Of a DNA stretch of 64,000 nucleotides, positions 1-11,200 are shown in pieces. How positions within the stretch are numbered: position 1 is the stretch's first letter; each line of letters starts with the position of its first letter. Under the pieces are notes generated by a model that was not told where the DNA came from, did no database searches, and saw nothing but the letters and a program-made list of their open reading frames with translations. The stretch comes from an uncultured Acidobacteriota bacterium. GTDB taxonomy: Bacteria; Acidobacteriota; Thermoanaerobaculia; Gp7-AA8. The stretch is from contig CAVUKB010000007.1 in the NCBI GenBank assembly GCA_963741955.1, forward strand, positions 672,001 through 736,000. Direction: 5' to 3'. A program made the position numbers and the translations under genes.

Positions 1-1046
1 TCGCCAGTCATCTCGGCCGGCCCAAGGGTCAACGGAACGAGAAGTATTCTCTCGCTCCGGTGCGTGAGAAGCTGGCGGAGATCCTCGGGCGCGACGTGAA
101 GTGGGCCAGCGACTGCGTCGGCGAAGAAGCCGAGCGGCTGTCGGCGGAGCTCTCGCCGGGGGAGATTCTCCTTCTCGAGAATCTCCGCTTTCATCCCGGT
201 GAGGAGAAGAACGATCAGGAGTTCGCGAAGGGTCTGCGCAAGCTTGCCGACTACTACGTGAACGACGCGTTCGGCGCGTCTCATCGCGCCCATGCGTCGA
301 TCGTCGCTCTGCCGGAGCTCTTTCCGGCGAACTGCATCGCCGGCGGATTGCTCCTGGCGAAGGAGCTCGAGTTTCTCGAACGGGTGGTGAAGGTCGAAGA
401 GTCCGATCGTCCTTTCGTCGCGGTGCTCGGCGGAGCGAAGATCGCCGGGAAGATCGAGCCGCTCGAGGCGATGGTGAAGATCGCCGACACTCTTCTTATC
501 GGTGGAGGGATGGCGAACACGTTTCTCGCGGCGAGAGGTGTCGCGATGGGAGCGTCGCTCGTCGACGCCGACTCGCTGGAGATCGCGAAACGTCTGCTCG
601 AAGGGAAGAGCCGCGCCACGATCATTCTGCCGCAGGACGTGGTGGTGACCGACTCGCTCGATGCCCCCACCGCGATCCGGACTCTCGACGTCGAGGCAGG
701 TCTCGACCCGGGACAGATGGCGGTCGACATCGGCATGCGGACGGTGATGGCGTTCGACGACGTCATCGCTGGTGCGAAGACGCTCTTCTGGAATGGTCCG
801 ATGGGAGTGTTCGAGCGAGAGCAGTTCGCCGAAGGGACTCGCTCGATCGCGAAAGCGGTCGCGCAGTCGGATGCCATCTCCATCGTCGGAGGGGGCGAAT
901 CGGTCGAAGCGGTCAAGGAGAGCGGATACGCCGACAGGATCAGCCACATCTCGACCGGGGGAGGCGCGTCGCTGGAATTCATCTCCGGGGCCTCCCTCCC
1001 CGGCGTGGAGGTGCTGCGGAAGGCGGCGAATGGCGCAGGAGATTGA
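1..1046 (+). CDS. pgk: Phosphoglycerate kinase, 5'-truncated by window edge
   Basis: In-frame ASHLGRPKG from position 3; motifs LLENLRF, VNDAFG, GGAKI, FWNGPMGVFE, HISTGGGASLE. Confidence 0.97.
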   Translation, partial: ASHLGRPKGQRNEKYSLAPVREKLAEILGRDVKWASDCVGEEAERLSAELSPGEILLLENLRFHPGEEKNDQEFAKGLRKLADYYVNDAFGASHRAHASIVALPELFPANCIAGGLLLAKELEFLERVVKVEESDRPFVAVLGGAKIAGKIEPLEAMVKIADTLLIGGGMANTFLAARGVAMGASLVDADSLEIAKRLLEGKSRATIILPQDVVVTDSLDAPTAIRTLDVEAGLDPGQMAVDIGMRTVMAFDDVIAGAKTLFWNGPMGVFEREQFAEGTRSIAKAVAQSDAISIVGGGESVEAVKESGYADRISHISTGGGASLEFISGASLPGVEVLRKAANGAGD

Positions 1047-1596
1047 GGTCAAGTTCTCCCTGCAGGATCGCTCGAGTCTGATCTCCCGGCTGGTCGAGCT
1101 CGGTGGAGATCAGCTCTACCCGGAGACTTTCGAGGACAACATCATTCTCGACCGGAGAGGTGAGCTGCGCACGCGAGGCTCGGTTCTCCGGATCCGCAAG
1201 TTCGGGAAATACGTTCTCGTCACGTACAAAGGGCCCGTCTCGTTCGAGAGCGGCGTCAAGTCGCGCGAAGAGGTTCAGACCGGCATCGAGAGCTTCGAGC
1301 GTGCCATCGCTCTCTTCGAAGCGCTCGGCTTCCGTCCCGTTTTCCGCTATCAGAAGTTCCGTGAGGTATGGCGCGTGCAGGGAGTGGAAGTGGTGCTCGA
1401 CCGGACTCCGATCGGCGATTACTTCGAGATCGAAGGTCCGCTCGAGCTGATCCGGAACGTGGTCGGAACTCTCGGGTTGAACATGGACGACGCGATTCGC
1501 GCGACGTACGCTGATCTGTATCGGCAGCAGCGGAGGACTCGTGGCGATCTTCCCGGGAACATGATCTTCGATCCGAAGGACTTCCCGACGGCATGA
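1030..1596 (+). CDS. CYTH-family protein (class IV adenylate cyclase / triphosphatase-like)
   Basis: N-terminal EIEVKF (ExExK), LRIR, TYKGP, KSREE, EIEG; ATG overlaps the pgk end. Confidence 0.88.
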   Translation: MAQEIEVKFSLQDRSSLISRLVELGGDQLYPETFEDNIILDRRGELRTRGSVLRIRKFGKYVLVTYKGPVSFESGVKSREEVQTGIESFERAIALFEALGFRPVFRYQKFREVWRVQGVEVVLDRTPIGDYFEIEGPLELIRNVVGTLGLNMDDAIRATYADLYRQQRRTRGDLPGNMIFDPKDFPTA

Positions 1597-2651
1597 GAGC
1601 AATGATCCTCGCGGCAGGGTACGGAACGCGCTTCCGTCCGGTCACCCATCAGTATCCGAAGCCGATGCTTCCGCTCTGCCTCCGGCCTCTGATCTCGTGG
1701 GCAATCGAGCCCCTCCTCGCGGCGGGGGTGAAAGAGATCGCCGTCAACCTCCACCACCTTCCCGACTTCATCGAGCGTTATCTGCGCGGCCGGTACGCGA
1801 GCTGCTGTGAGCTGTACTTCTCTCGCGAGGAGGAGATTCTGGGGACTGGCGGCGGAATCCGCCGCGCGCGCCCGTTTCTCGACCGTGGGGATTCCTTCTT
1901 CGTGGTCAACGGCGATACGATCCAGTTTCCCCCGTGGAACGAGCTCGAAGCCTCGCGCAGACGGCAAGATGCGATCTCGGCACTCTGCCTGAGACATCCG
2001 CCGGAGGACGACCGCTTCACGCCGGTCTGGTTCGATGGAGAAGAAGTCACCGGGTTCGGCGAAGGAAGAGGTCGAGCTCTGATGTTCTCCGGCTCGCACG
2101 CTCTCTCGACGCGCGTGTTCGATCTTCTTCCCGATCGCGACTTCTCCGGCATCACCGAGCACGTCTACGCGCCGGTCACGAGGAATGGCTCGGAGCGGCT
2201 CGCGGGCGTGGTGGATGACGGGCTCTGGTTCGACATCGGAACGCCGCGGAGATATCTCGAGGCTTCGGATCGGATCCGTGCACTCACGGTGAGCGGATCA
2301 CTCGCACTTCCTCCCGCGGCGCGTGTCGATCACGAAACGGAGAGCGTCGTGGCGGACAATGCAGTCCTCTCGCGACAGTCACGCAGAGTCACCGCAGGGG
2401 TCGGGGCACGGGTCGAAGAGGGAGCGGAGCTCACCGGGAGCGTGATCTGGAGAGGCGTCTCGATCGGCAGGGGCGCGCGCGTGCATGGATGCATCATCAC
2501 CGACGACGTGGTGATCCCCCCCGGACGACGGATGGAGAACGCGCTGGTCTGCTGCACCGATGGGCTCGACGATCTTCCCCCCGAAGCGACGCTCTGCGAC
2601 GAGCTGGTGGTGCAACCGATCGATCCTGCCTGCCCGATGATCTGCGACTGA
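1593..2651 (+). CDS. NDP-sugar pyrophosphorylase / nucleotidyltransferase with C-terminal beta-helix
   Basis: MILAAGYGTRFRPVT..PKPM, LGTGGG, VNGD, WFDIGTP; ATGA coupling. Confidence 0.88.
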   Translation: MRAMILAAGYGTRFRPVTHQYPKPMLPLCLRPLISWAIEPLLAAGVKEIAVNLHHLPDFIERYLRGRYASCCELYFSREEEILGTGGGIRRARPFLDRGDSFFVVNGDTIQFPPWNELEASRRRQDAISALCLRHPPEDDRFTPVWFDGEEVTGFGEGRGRALMFSGSHALSTRVFDLLPDRDFSGITEHVYAPVTRNGSERLAGVVDDGLWFDIGTPRRYLEASDRIRALTVSGSLALPPAARVDHETESVVADNAVLSRQSRRVTAGVGARVEEGAELTGSVIWRGVSIGRGARVHGCIITDDVVIPPGRRMENALVCCTDGLDDLPPEATLCDELVVQPIDPACPMICD

Positions 2652-2701
2652 TTCCGTGGCTCACATGTTGCACCCTCGCGCGACAGGAAAGGGGGCATCC
2701 T

Positions 2702-3433
2702 GTGAGCGAAACGCGCGCGGAACCGCGAACCGAAGCAGTGTCTTTCACCAGGGACGACGTGCTGAAAATCTTCAGCGTCCTTTCGCACGATCTGAAATCC
2801 CCGATCTTTTCGATCGACGGATTCAGCGATCTCCTTCTTTCCGATTACGAAGAGAAGCTCGACGAAGAAGGAATCGATTTTCTTCGACGCATCCGCGCCA
2901 GCGCGCAGCAGATGCGGAAGATCGTCGACGAGATGTCGTCGCTCCTGAAAATTCTCGCTCGCCCCGACGCGAAAACCGTAGTCAGCCTCGGCGAGATCGT
3001 CCGTGCGGTGAGAATGAAATGCAACTATCAGATCGAAGAGGGAGGGGTCGAATTCAGCTACCCCGAGGATCTTCCCGACATCTACGGTGACCCGGAGAAG
3101 ATCCAGGCAGTGATCACCGCGCTGGTCTCGAACGCCCTCACGTTCAGCGACAGGGAGCCCGGCGACCGGCGGATCACTCTCACCTACGACCGATTCGGTG
3201 AAGAAGACCGCCTCTGCGTCATCGACAACGGAATCGGAATCGACGAGCGTTTCCAGGCGCAGATTTTCGACCTCGGACTCAAGCTCGACAAGAGCCGCGG
3301 CGACGGACCGGGTTACGGCCTCTTCCTCGCGCGCAAGATCGCCGAGGGCCACGGAGGCTCACTCACGGTCGACTCGAAGCCCGGAGAAGGAGCCCGCTTC
3401 TGCATCCTCCTTCCTGCCGAACCCGCGGAGTGA
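2702..3433 (+). CDS. Histidine kinase with HisKA and HATPase domains only
   Basis: LSHDLKSP H-box, NAL, DNGIGI, GYGL; GTG start after a purine-rich RBS. Confidence 0.88.
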   Translation: MSETRAEPRTEAVSFTRDDVLKIFSVLSHDLKSPIFSIDGFSDLLLSDYEEKLDEEGIDFLRRIRASAQQMRKIVDEMSSLLKILARPDAKTVVSLGEIVRAVRMKCNYQIEEGGVEFSYPEDLPDIYGDPEKIQAVITALVSNALTFSDREPGDRRITLTYDRFGEEDRLCVIDNGIGIDERFQAQIFDLGLKLDKSRGDGPGYGLFLARKIAEGHGGSLTVDSKPGEGARFCILLPAEPAE

Positions 3434-4380
3434 CCCGCCCCAAGAAAGATTACCGCCGTGATGTGGTGCGGATCCTCTGATCCGCCGCGCAGATCATGTT
3501 CGGAAGGGATCGAGAGGATGTGTGAGGCAGCAGCGAAGCCGGCGCCGCCACGACCCGCCCCACAGAAGATTACCGCCGTGATGTGGTGCGGATCCTCCGA
3601 TCCGCGGCCGGGATCACGTTCGGAGCGGATCGAGAGGAGGCGTTGAAGCAGCAGCGAAGCCGGCGCCGCCACGACTCGCCCCAAAAAAAATTACCGCCGT
3701 GATGTGGTGCGGATCCTCTGATCCGCCGCAGGGATCACGTTCGGAGCGGATCGAGAGGATGTGTGAGGCAGCAGCGAAGCCGGCGCCGCCACGAGCCGCC
3801 CCACAGAAGATTACCGCCGTGATGGGGTGCGGATCCTCTGATCCGCCGCCGGGATCACGTTCGGAGCGGATCGAGAGGATGTGTGAGGCAGCAGCGAAGC
3901 CGGCACTCCGCGCTCGCGCGAATCCACGCCGTGATGGGGTGCGGATCCTCTGATCCGCCGCGCAGATCATGTTCGGAGCGGATCGAGAGGATGTGTGAGG
4001 CAGCAGCGAAGCCGGCGCCGCCACGACCCGCCCCTCAGAAGATTACCGCCGTGATGTGGTGCGGATCCTCTGATCCGCCGCGCAGATCACGTTCGGAGCG
4101 GATCGAGAGGATGTGTGAGGCAGCAGCGAAGCCGGCACTCCGCGCTCGCGCGAATCCACGCCGTGATGGGGTGCGGATCCTCTGATCCGCCGCGCAGATC
4201 ACGTTCGGAGCGGATCGAGAGGAGGCGTTGAAGCAGCAGCGAAGCCGGCACTCCGCGCTCGCGCGAATCCACGCCGTGATGGGGTGCGGATCCTCTGATC
4301 CGCCGCGCAGATCACGTTCGGAGCGGATCGAGAGGAGGCGTTGATGTAGCAGCGAAGCCGGCACTGACGCTCCGCGCTCG
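3432..4380. repeat. Tandem array of 8 REP/BIME-like units (112-121 bp)
   Basis: Core cgccgtgatg(t/g)ggtGCGGATC-ctct-GATCCGC...gcagcgaagccggc at about 3454, 3574, 3695, 3815, 3927, 4047, 4159, 4272, joined by two alternative linkers. Confidence 0.92.
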
Positions 4381-4435
4381 GGAACGCGCACGCTGTTCGT
4401 CGCATACGACACGATCTTCGCCGTGCAGATCACCG

Positions 4436-4972
4436 TCATTCCGCCTCGTCGTCACCCTGATCCACGATCCGGATCCGCACTCTCCTGTTCGCCGCCCGGT
4501 CGACTCCGATCGCGTGAGCGGCCCGTCTCGACAGATCGATCACGAACCCGCCGGTGAACGGACCACGGTCATTTACCCGCACGCGGACTTTCCTGTGTGT
4601 CGCCTCCGACTCCACCTCGAGAACCGTCCCGAACGGCAGCGTCCGGTGCGCCGCAGTCAGCCGGTTCTGCCGGAATACCTCCCCACTCGCGGTTCTCCGC
4701 CCCTCGAGCGAGTCGGAGTAGTAGGAGGCTCTTCCTTCGAAGTCCCACGCCGGGGGAGCGATCTCTTCCGCGGGAGGCGCCATTCGGGGCCGCTCCCGGT
4801 TCTTCTTCTCGAGGTCATCCGGCGACAGAGGGTCCAGCCAGTAAGGATTCCCGCAGCCGATCTCGATCATCGGACGCGTTCCTGAATGGCAGAGCGATGG
4901 CGGGGCCGCGAAGGAAAAGGCCGAGCTCGACGCGACTGCCACTCCGATCAACGCGAGCCTGGCGGGAATCAT
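4436..4972 (-). CDS. rlpA: RlpA-family septal ring lytic transglycosylase (DPBB domain)
   Basis: GRASYY, TASGE, TAAHRTLPFGT, VRVNDRGPF, IDLS. Confidence 0.9.
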   Translation of the reverse strand: MIPARLALIGVAVASSSAFSFAAPPSLCHSGTRPMIEIGCGNPYWLDPLSPDDLEKKNRERPRMAPPAEEIAPPAWDFEGRASYYSDSLEGRRTASGEVFRQNRLTAAHRTLPFGTVLEVESEATHRKVRVRVNDRGPFTGGFVIDLSRRAAHAIGVDRAANRRVRIRIVDQGDDEAE

Positions 4973-5104
4973 GCGAGTGATTGTACTTCGGGTCCGGGCG
5001 GCGGTTCGTGAATCCAGCTGTAAATATCTGAAAAAACGTGTCTTGCATTCTCTCTCTGGCGCATGCCTTGCAAGTTATTAGAGCTTGATGAGGGGAGGTG
5101 TCGA

Positions 5105-5899
5105 ATGAACGAACCGAGGACAAGACGCAGCTTCAAGCAGCGAGTCCTCGACGGCTTCGATCGCTCGAGGCTCCATGCCGAGGTGCGCAGTGTCCGCGGA
5201 GGGAGGAAGCGGACGGATCTCCGCAAGCGCTACGGCGCGATCGCCGTCGGCGCGATCGCGGTAGGGAGCGGTATGGCCGTTCCACTGCTGCAGCACGGAC
5301 AGGCGGGCGTCCAGACCCCGGAGATCCAGCCGCAGCCGGAGCAGACCGCGACCACGATCATCCAGCAGGTGACGAACGAGATTCCGAAGCCGAAACTCAC
5401 GCCGGAGCACCTGACGATCATTACCGAGAATACGAAGGAGAACTTCTTCAAGACCGAGATCCCGTTCGGCTCGATCATCTATCACGAGGCGAAGAAGAAT
5501 GATCTTCCGCCGGAACTGGTCGCGGCGGTCGTGCAGACCGAATCGCAGTTCAAGCCGACCGCACGCTCCGACCGGGGAGCGGTCGGTCTGATGCAGATGC
5601 TGCCTCGAACCGGGCGATGGATGGGCGCGAACAATCTCACCGATCCGGCCCAGAACGTGAAGGCCGGGGCGAAGTACCTCAAGTATCTGTCGGAGCGTTT
5701 CGATGGAAACGAGCGGAAGATGATCGCCGCTTACAATGCCGGCGAAGGTAACGTACGACGGTTCGGCGGAATCCCGCCATTCAAGGAGACGCGGGATTAC
5801 GTGCGGAAGGTTTTCGATGCACGGGAGGACTTTTCCAGCCAGGTTCAGGACCGCGTCGCGGATAACGTCAGCCGCGCGTTTCCCATCCTCGAACGATAG
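5105..5899 (+). CDS. Membrane-anchored SLT-family lytic transglycosylase
   Basis: VQTESQF, GAVGLMQ, GAKYLK, AAYNAGEG, ETRDYV; one hydrophobic segment; GGGGAGG RBS. Confidence 0.9.
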   Translation: MNEPRTRRSFKQRVLDGFDRSRLHAEVRSVRGGRKRTDLRKRYGAIAVGAIAVGSGMAVPLLQHGQAGVQTPEIQPQPEQTATTIIQQVTNEIPKPKLTPEHLTIITENTKENFFKTEIPFGSIIYHEAKKNDLPPELVAAVVQTESQFKPTARSDRGAVGLMQMLPRTGRWMGANNLTDPAQNVKAGAKYLKYLSERFDGNERKMIAAYNAGEGNVRRFGGIPPFKETRDYVRKVFDAREDFSSQVQDRVADNVSRAFPILER

Positions 5900-6020
5900 G
5901 ATTCTACGTGGCGGAAGAGAGTCCCGCCGCTCCTCTTTCTCGCGGCCGCCACCGAGCGGACACCCTGGGCGCGGAATTGGTCACTGACGCCGGGAGGCGG
6001 AATGTGCTGAAATAGAGCCC

Positions 6021-6272
6021 ATGTCGGGACTGAGACTGGTGGTCGGCTTCGTGGTGATGGGTATTGCAGTGCCCATCGCCCTCTTCTATCTCCTCGCGCT
6101 CCACACCCTCAGCGAACTTTTCACGCTGGCGGCTACGACTTTCCTCGGGTGGGGAGTCGCGGAGCTCGCCGGAACGATTCTCTCCCGTACCCGTCTCGCC
6201 GATCGCAGCCCTTCCGGAGCCCTGCGCCAATGGGAGGTGCAGCAGGACGAAGAGCAGAAGAAAGAGAGTTGA
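6021..6272 (+). CDS. Small membrane protein, 2 TM segments
   Basis: 83-aa ORF with two hydrophobic segments and a charged tail. Confidence 0.6.
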   Translation: MSGLRLVVGFVVMGIAVPIALFYLLALHTLSELFTLAATTFLGWGVAELAGTILSRTRLADRSPSGALRQWEVQQDEEQKKES

Positions 6273-6443
6273 CCGCGTCCGGAATCTTCGGGAACCTCGA
6301 GCGGCTGGCGTCCTGGGGCGCCGGCATCCCTGCCGGCTCGTGACGAGCGCCCCGCGCTCGTCACTCCTCTCATCAATACGAACGCGAGAATCGAACCCGT
6401 CGCGAGATCGAAGGCCGATCAGACCTCGGCGCCCGCCGGCGAA

Positions 6444-7295
6444 TCACTCCCCGTCCAACTTCTCCCGCTCCCACGGCCGGACCCACCGGTCCTCGTCCTG
6501 GTCGAGCGAAGGAAGCGGCACGGGACGACCGAGCTTCTTCAGCTGGTTGAACTCCCACAGCTTCGCGTACTTCCAGAACGCGTAGTACGTGTGCATCCCG
6601 ACGGTGATCAGTCCCGGCACTCCGTCGAGAAACCCGAGGTTGATGACGTAGTCCCGGAAGAAGCGGGCGAACGCGTGGCCGAAGATGTCGAGGAATCCAC
6701 TTTTCTTCCCGTGGATGAACTGCTGTGTCGCACCCCACATCCCGTAGCGGGTCATCTTCTCGATCATGTGGTCGAACGAGCGGATGTAGTTGTGCAGGAA
6801 CGTTCCGTTCAGACGCCCGATCGTGCCGTCGACGTCGAGGTCGGCGTGCACCCGGCGGTTTGGATAACGGGCGTGCCGTCGATGGAAAAAGCGCGTGACG
6901 CGGTCGCGCTGCAGGCCACTGTGGCGGACCGGCTTGCCGAGAATGAAGTTTTCCCGGCGGATCGAATAGCCCCAGAGGTCGGGTCCCTTCTCGAGCAGCC
7001 GCTCCACTTCCTTCCGCAGAGGCGGAGTCACTCTCTCGTCGGCGTCGACGAAGAGAATCCAATCGTGCTGCGCGTGATCGATGGCGAAGTTCTTCTGGGA
7101 CGCCGCGCCGAAGTATTCGTGCTGCTCGATGACGACGCCGGGGAACTTCTCCCGGACGAGCTCGACCGTGCCGTCCGTGGAGAACGAGTCCAGCAGGTAC
7201 ACCTCGTCGGCCCATTCGACCGAGCGGATGCACTCCTCGATCTGGTCGATCTCGTTGAACGTGGTGATCAGAGCGGAAACCGGAGTCCTGGCCAT
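6444..7295 (-). CDS. Glycosyltransferase family 2 (WaaE/LgtF-like)
   Basis: ITTFNE, DSFSTDGT, QKNFA, WILFVDADE, GFLDG. Confidence 0.9.
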   Translation of the reverse strand: MARTPVSALITTFNEIDQIEECIRSVEWADEVYLLDSFSTDGTVELVREKFPGVVIEQHEYFGAASQKNFAIDHAQHDWILFVDADERVTPPLRKEVERLLEKGPDLWGYSIRRENFILGKPVRHSGLQRDRVTRFFHRRHARYPNRRVHADLDVDGTIGRLNGTFLHNYIRSFDHMIEKMTRYGMWGATQQFIHGKKSGFLDIFGHAFARFFRDYVINLGFLDGVPGLITVGMHTYYAFWKYAKLWEFNQLKKLGRPVPLPSLDQDEDRWVRPWEREKLDGE

Positions 7296-7350
7296 CGGGC
7301 GCGTATTGTAGCGGGATGGAACCCGACCCGCCACCTGCTCCAGCCTTCGG

Positions 7351-8115
7351 CTAGAACGTGTACTGCTTCTCCACCAGGATCCTTGCCCTTCGATCCCTGA
7401 TGTTCTTGATCTCCGATTCGATCTTGGTCTCGAACGGGACTTTTCGGTGGCTTGCGTACACGGGCACATCGAGGGTGATCTTTCGCAGTTCCGCGGCGAG
7501 CGATTGCGGAGTGAGGTGGCCGCTGTCGTCCGCCATCTGTTGCAGATCGTTCGGGAAAGACGCCTCGGTGATCACCGAGACGATCGACCCGACCTTGTTC
7601 GCACGCTTCCAGATTTCGGAGGTCGGACCGGTGTCGCCGGTGAAGGCGATCGCCTGCGGTCCGGTCTGGAGGATGAGCCCCGCTGCGGGGACGGTGTGCT
7701 CGACCTTGACCGGGGTCAGCTGCATGCCGTCGATGGTCGCTTTCCTCCCCGCCTTGAGCGCGCGATATTCGATCGCCTGCCGTCCAGTCGCAGGAGAGCG
7801 GAATTTCTGGAAATCCGGCCACACTTCATCATTGAAGACATGACGGATCAGCATCTCCATCACTTCTTCTTCCGCCGCGACGATCAGCGGCTTCGCCTCC
7901 TGATGGAAGCGGTTGAGGATCAGATGGGGAAGATCACGGGTGTGGTCGGCATGCGCGTGAGTGACGTAGATGATCTCGACGCGCGCCTGCTGGGCGAGAG
8001 TCAGCTTCGAAGTGAGCGTACCGGCATCGACCGCGACGACGTCGTCGACCAGGTATCCCGTCAGGTGATGGGTCGCGTCGGATGTGCCGTAGGCTCCAAG
8101 TACCTTCAGTCTCAT
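7351..8115 (-). CDS. MBL-fold class II cyclic nucleotide phosphodiesterase-like protein
   Basis: VDAG, THAHADH, WPDF, VEHTVP, GDTGPT, EASFPN, GHLTP. Confidence 0.85.
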   Translation of the reverse strand: MRLKVLGAYGTSDATHHLTGYLVDDVVAVDAGTLTSKLTLAQQARVEIIYVTHAHADHTRDLPHLILNRFHQEAKPLIVAAEEEVMEMLIRHVFNDEVWPDFQKFRSPATGRQAIEYRALKAGRKATIDGMQLTPVKVEHTVPAAGLILQTGPQAIAFTGDTGPTSEIWKRANKVGSIVSVITEASFPNDLQQMADDSGHLTPQSLAAELRKITLDVPVYASHRKVPFETKIESEIKNIRDRRARILVEKQYTF

Positions 8116-8247
8116 TCGGTTCCGGCCTGACCTTTCGGGTCTGATTCGAGAGTGCGACTATTGTTGCAGCCGCAATGGCCGGCTGTCCAGCGCCGCCGGC
8201 CGCGAGCAGGGTCAAAGGAGCATTCGTCTGGAGATCGGATTCCGAAC

Positions 8248-11200
8248 TTGAGCCAGAAATCGCATGATCGCGGGAGAGAACGAATCTTCCATCCGGCCGT
8301 GACCGAATGGTTCGAGGCGTCGTTTTCCGCTCCGACCGAAGCTCAGCGGCTCGGCTGGCAGGCGATCGCTGCCGGCGAATCGACACTGATCAGTGCGCCG
8401 ACCGGTAGCGGGAAGACTCTTGCCGCCTTCCTCTGGAGCATCGAGCGGCTGATGTTCTCGCCAGCGCCGGCGAAGGAGCGGCGCTGCCGGGTGGTTTACG
8501 TCTCTCCGCTCAAGGCGCTGGCCGTCGATGTCGAGCGCAATCTCCGCGCGCCCGCGGCCGGCATCGCGCGGATTGCCTCCGCGCGGGGAGAATCGTGCAT
8601 TCCCCCGACGATCGCGGTGCGCACCGGCGACACCCCGTCGCGCGAGCGCGCTGCCTTCCAGAGACGGCCGGCCGACATTCTCATCACCACGCCGGAATCT
8701 CTCTACCTTCTCCTGACCTCGAAGGCGCGCGAGGTGCTCCGTTCCGTCGACACCATCATCATCGACGAGATCCACGCGCTCGTACCGACCAAGCGCGGCT
8801 CCCACCTCGCACTCTCCGTCGAGCGGCTCGAAGAGCTCGCCGACGCTCCCCTCCAGCGCATCGGCCTCTCGGCGACGCAGCGACCTCTCGAGGAGGTCGC
8901 GCGCTTCCTCGGTGGGACCACGATCGCCTCCGATGACGCGGAAGATGCGGCAGTCCGGTTTCGTCCGGTCACCATCATCGAATCGGGCGAGAAGAAGAAA
9001 CTCCAGCTCGAGGTCGAAGTCCCGGTCGACGACATGTCGAACCTCGGTGAGGTGATCGAGATCCCGAGCGGCTCCGCTTCGCAGCCCGTGGTTCGGTCTT
9101 CCATCTGGCCGGCGATCCACCCGCGGCTCCTCGAGCTGATCCACGCCCATCGGTCGACACTGATCTTCGTCAACAGCCGCCGTCTCGCCGAGCGACTCGC
9201 CGCGGCGCTCAACGAGCTCGCCGGCGAGATCGTCGCGCACGCGCACCACGGCTCTCTCGCGCGACCGCAACGCATCGAGATCGAAGACCGGCTCAAATCG
9301 GGCGAGCTCCCCGCGCTGGTCGCGACCTCATCCCTCGAGCTCGGGATCGACATGGGCGCGATCGACCTCGTGATCCAGATCGAAGCCCCTCCCTCCGTCG
9401 CGAGCGGGATGCAGCGCATCGGCCGCGCTGGTCACCACGTCGGCAGCCCCAGCGAGGGAACGATCTTTCCCAAGCACCGGGCCGACCTCCTCGCCTGCGC
9501 CGCGGTCACACGCGCCATGCACCGCGGCGAGATCGAGCCGATCCGCTATCCGCGCAATCCGCTCGACGTCCTCGCGCAGCAGATCGTCGCGATCGTAGCG
9601 ATGGAGGAGCGCGAGCTCGACTCTCTCTACCAACTGGTGCGCCGCGCCGCTCCCTTCGCCCGCCTCACCCGCAACACCTTCGAAGGGGTTCTCGACATGC
9701 TCGCCGGCGTCTATCCCGCGGAGGATTTCGCGGAGCTGCGCGCGCGCATCAACTGGGATCGCCTCTCGAACCTCATCTCCGCACGCGCCGGTGCACGCAA
9801 TCTCGCAGTGGTGAACGGCGGGACGATTCCCGACCGTGGACTGTACGGAGTCTTTCTCGCCGGAGCGGAGAAAGGCGCCGCGCGGGTCGGTGAGCTCGAC
9901 GAAGAGATGGTCTTCGAGAGCGAGAGCGGCGAGACCTTCGTCCTCGGCGCGTCGACCTGGCGCATCGAAGAGATCACCCACGACCGGGTGATCGTCTCTC
10001 CCGCGCCGGGTCAGCCGGGGAAGGTCCCTTTCTGGCACGGCGACGGTGCAGGACGCAGCTACGAGTTCGGCGTCGCAATCGGAGCGCTCACGCGGACGCT
10101 CTCGACCGAGCCGCCCGATCGCGTGCAACGCACTCTCGTCGACGAGCACGACCTCGACGCGCGCGCGGCCGCGAATCTCCTCCAGTTCGTCGCGGATCAG
10201 AGGAGCGCTACCGAGGCCGTGCCGGACGACCGGACGGTGGTGATCGAGAGATGCATCGATGAGCTGGGCGACTGGCGCCTCTGCATCCTCTCGCCGTTCG
10301 GCGCGCGAGTTCATGCGCCATGGGCCATGGCCGCGGTGGCGAAGGCTCGAGAGCAGCGCGGCATCGACGTCGAGGCGATGTGGAGCGACGAAGGACTGGT
10401 GCTCCGCTTTCCGGAGACCGAAGAGCCGCCGGACAGCGTCATCGTGGTCCCGGAACCGGACGAGCTCGAGCCTCTCCTGATGCGACAACTCGGCGGGAGC
10501 TCCCTGTTCGCTTCACGTTTCCGCGAGGCAGCGGCACGGGCGCTCCTCCTTCCGCGGCGGCGTCCGGGTGCGCGTGCACCACTGTGGCAGCAGCGGAAAC
10601 GCGCGCACGGTCTGCTGCAGGTCGCTGCGCGCTTCGGCTCGTTCCCGATCATCCTCGAGGCGTACCGCGAATGCCTCCAGGACGTCTTCGACCTCGGCGC
10701 GCTGCGTCAGGTGATCGGCGGGATCTCGAACCGCAGCATCCGTATCGCCACCGTCGATACCGACCAGCCATCGCCGTTCGCCGCATCCATCCTCTTCCGC
10801 TACGTCGCGAACTACATCTACGACGGGGATGCCCCTCTCGCGGAACGCCGCGCCCAGGCGCTCGCTCTCGATCAGTCCCAGCTCCGCGAGCTCCTCGGCG
10901 AGGCCGAGCTCCGCGATCTCCTCGACGAGGACGTGATCGCGGAGACGGGATACGAGCTCCAGTGCCTCGCTCCGGAGCGGAAAGCGAAGAACACCGACGG
11001 CGTGCACGACCTCCTGGTTCGACTCGGCGCCCTCTCCCATCAGGAGATCGAAGAACGTTCGATGATCGCGCCGATCGATGACGTCCTTGCGGATCTCCTG
11101 CGCGCGAGGCGGATCATCTCGATCGGTGGGACGCATGGCGAAGCGGGAGAGCGATTCATCGCGGTCGAGGACGCGGCGCGCTACCGCGACGCCCTCGGCA

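Noticed and set aside
3432-4380. CRISPR array
   Set aside because: The intervening sequences are repeated rather than unique, units exceed 110 bp, and no cas genes are present.
3313-4439. Small repeat-protein ORFs in the array (and at 46.5-47.2 kb)
   Set aside because: Unit lengths of 112, 113 and 121 bp break the frame; no RBS; these are translations of non-coding repeats.
1030-8115. CYTH plus phosphodiesterase as a cyclic-nucleotide defence or signalling system
   Set aside because: The genes are about 6 kb apart on opposite strands in housekeeping contexts, and most CYTH proteins are not cyclases.
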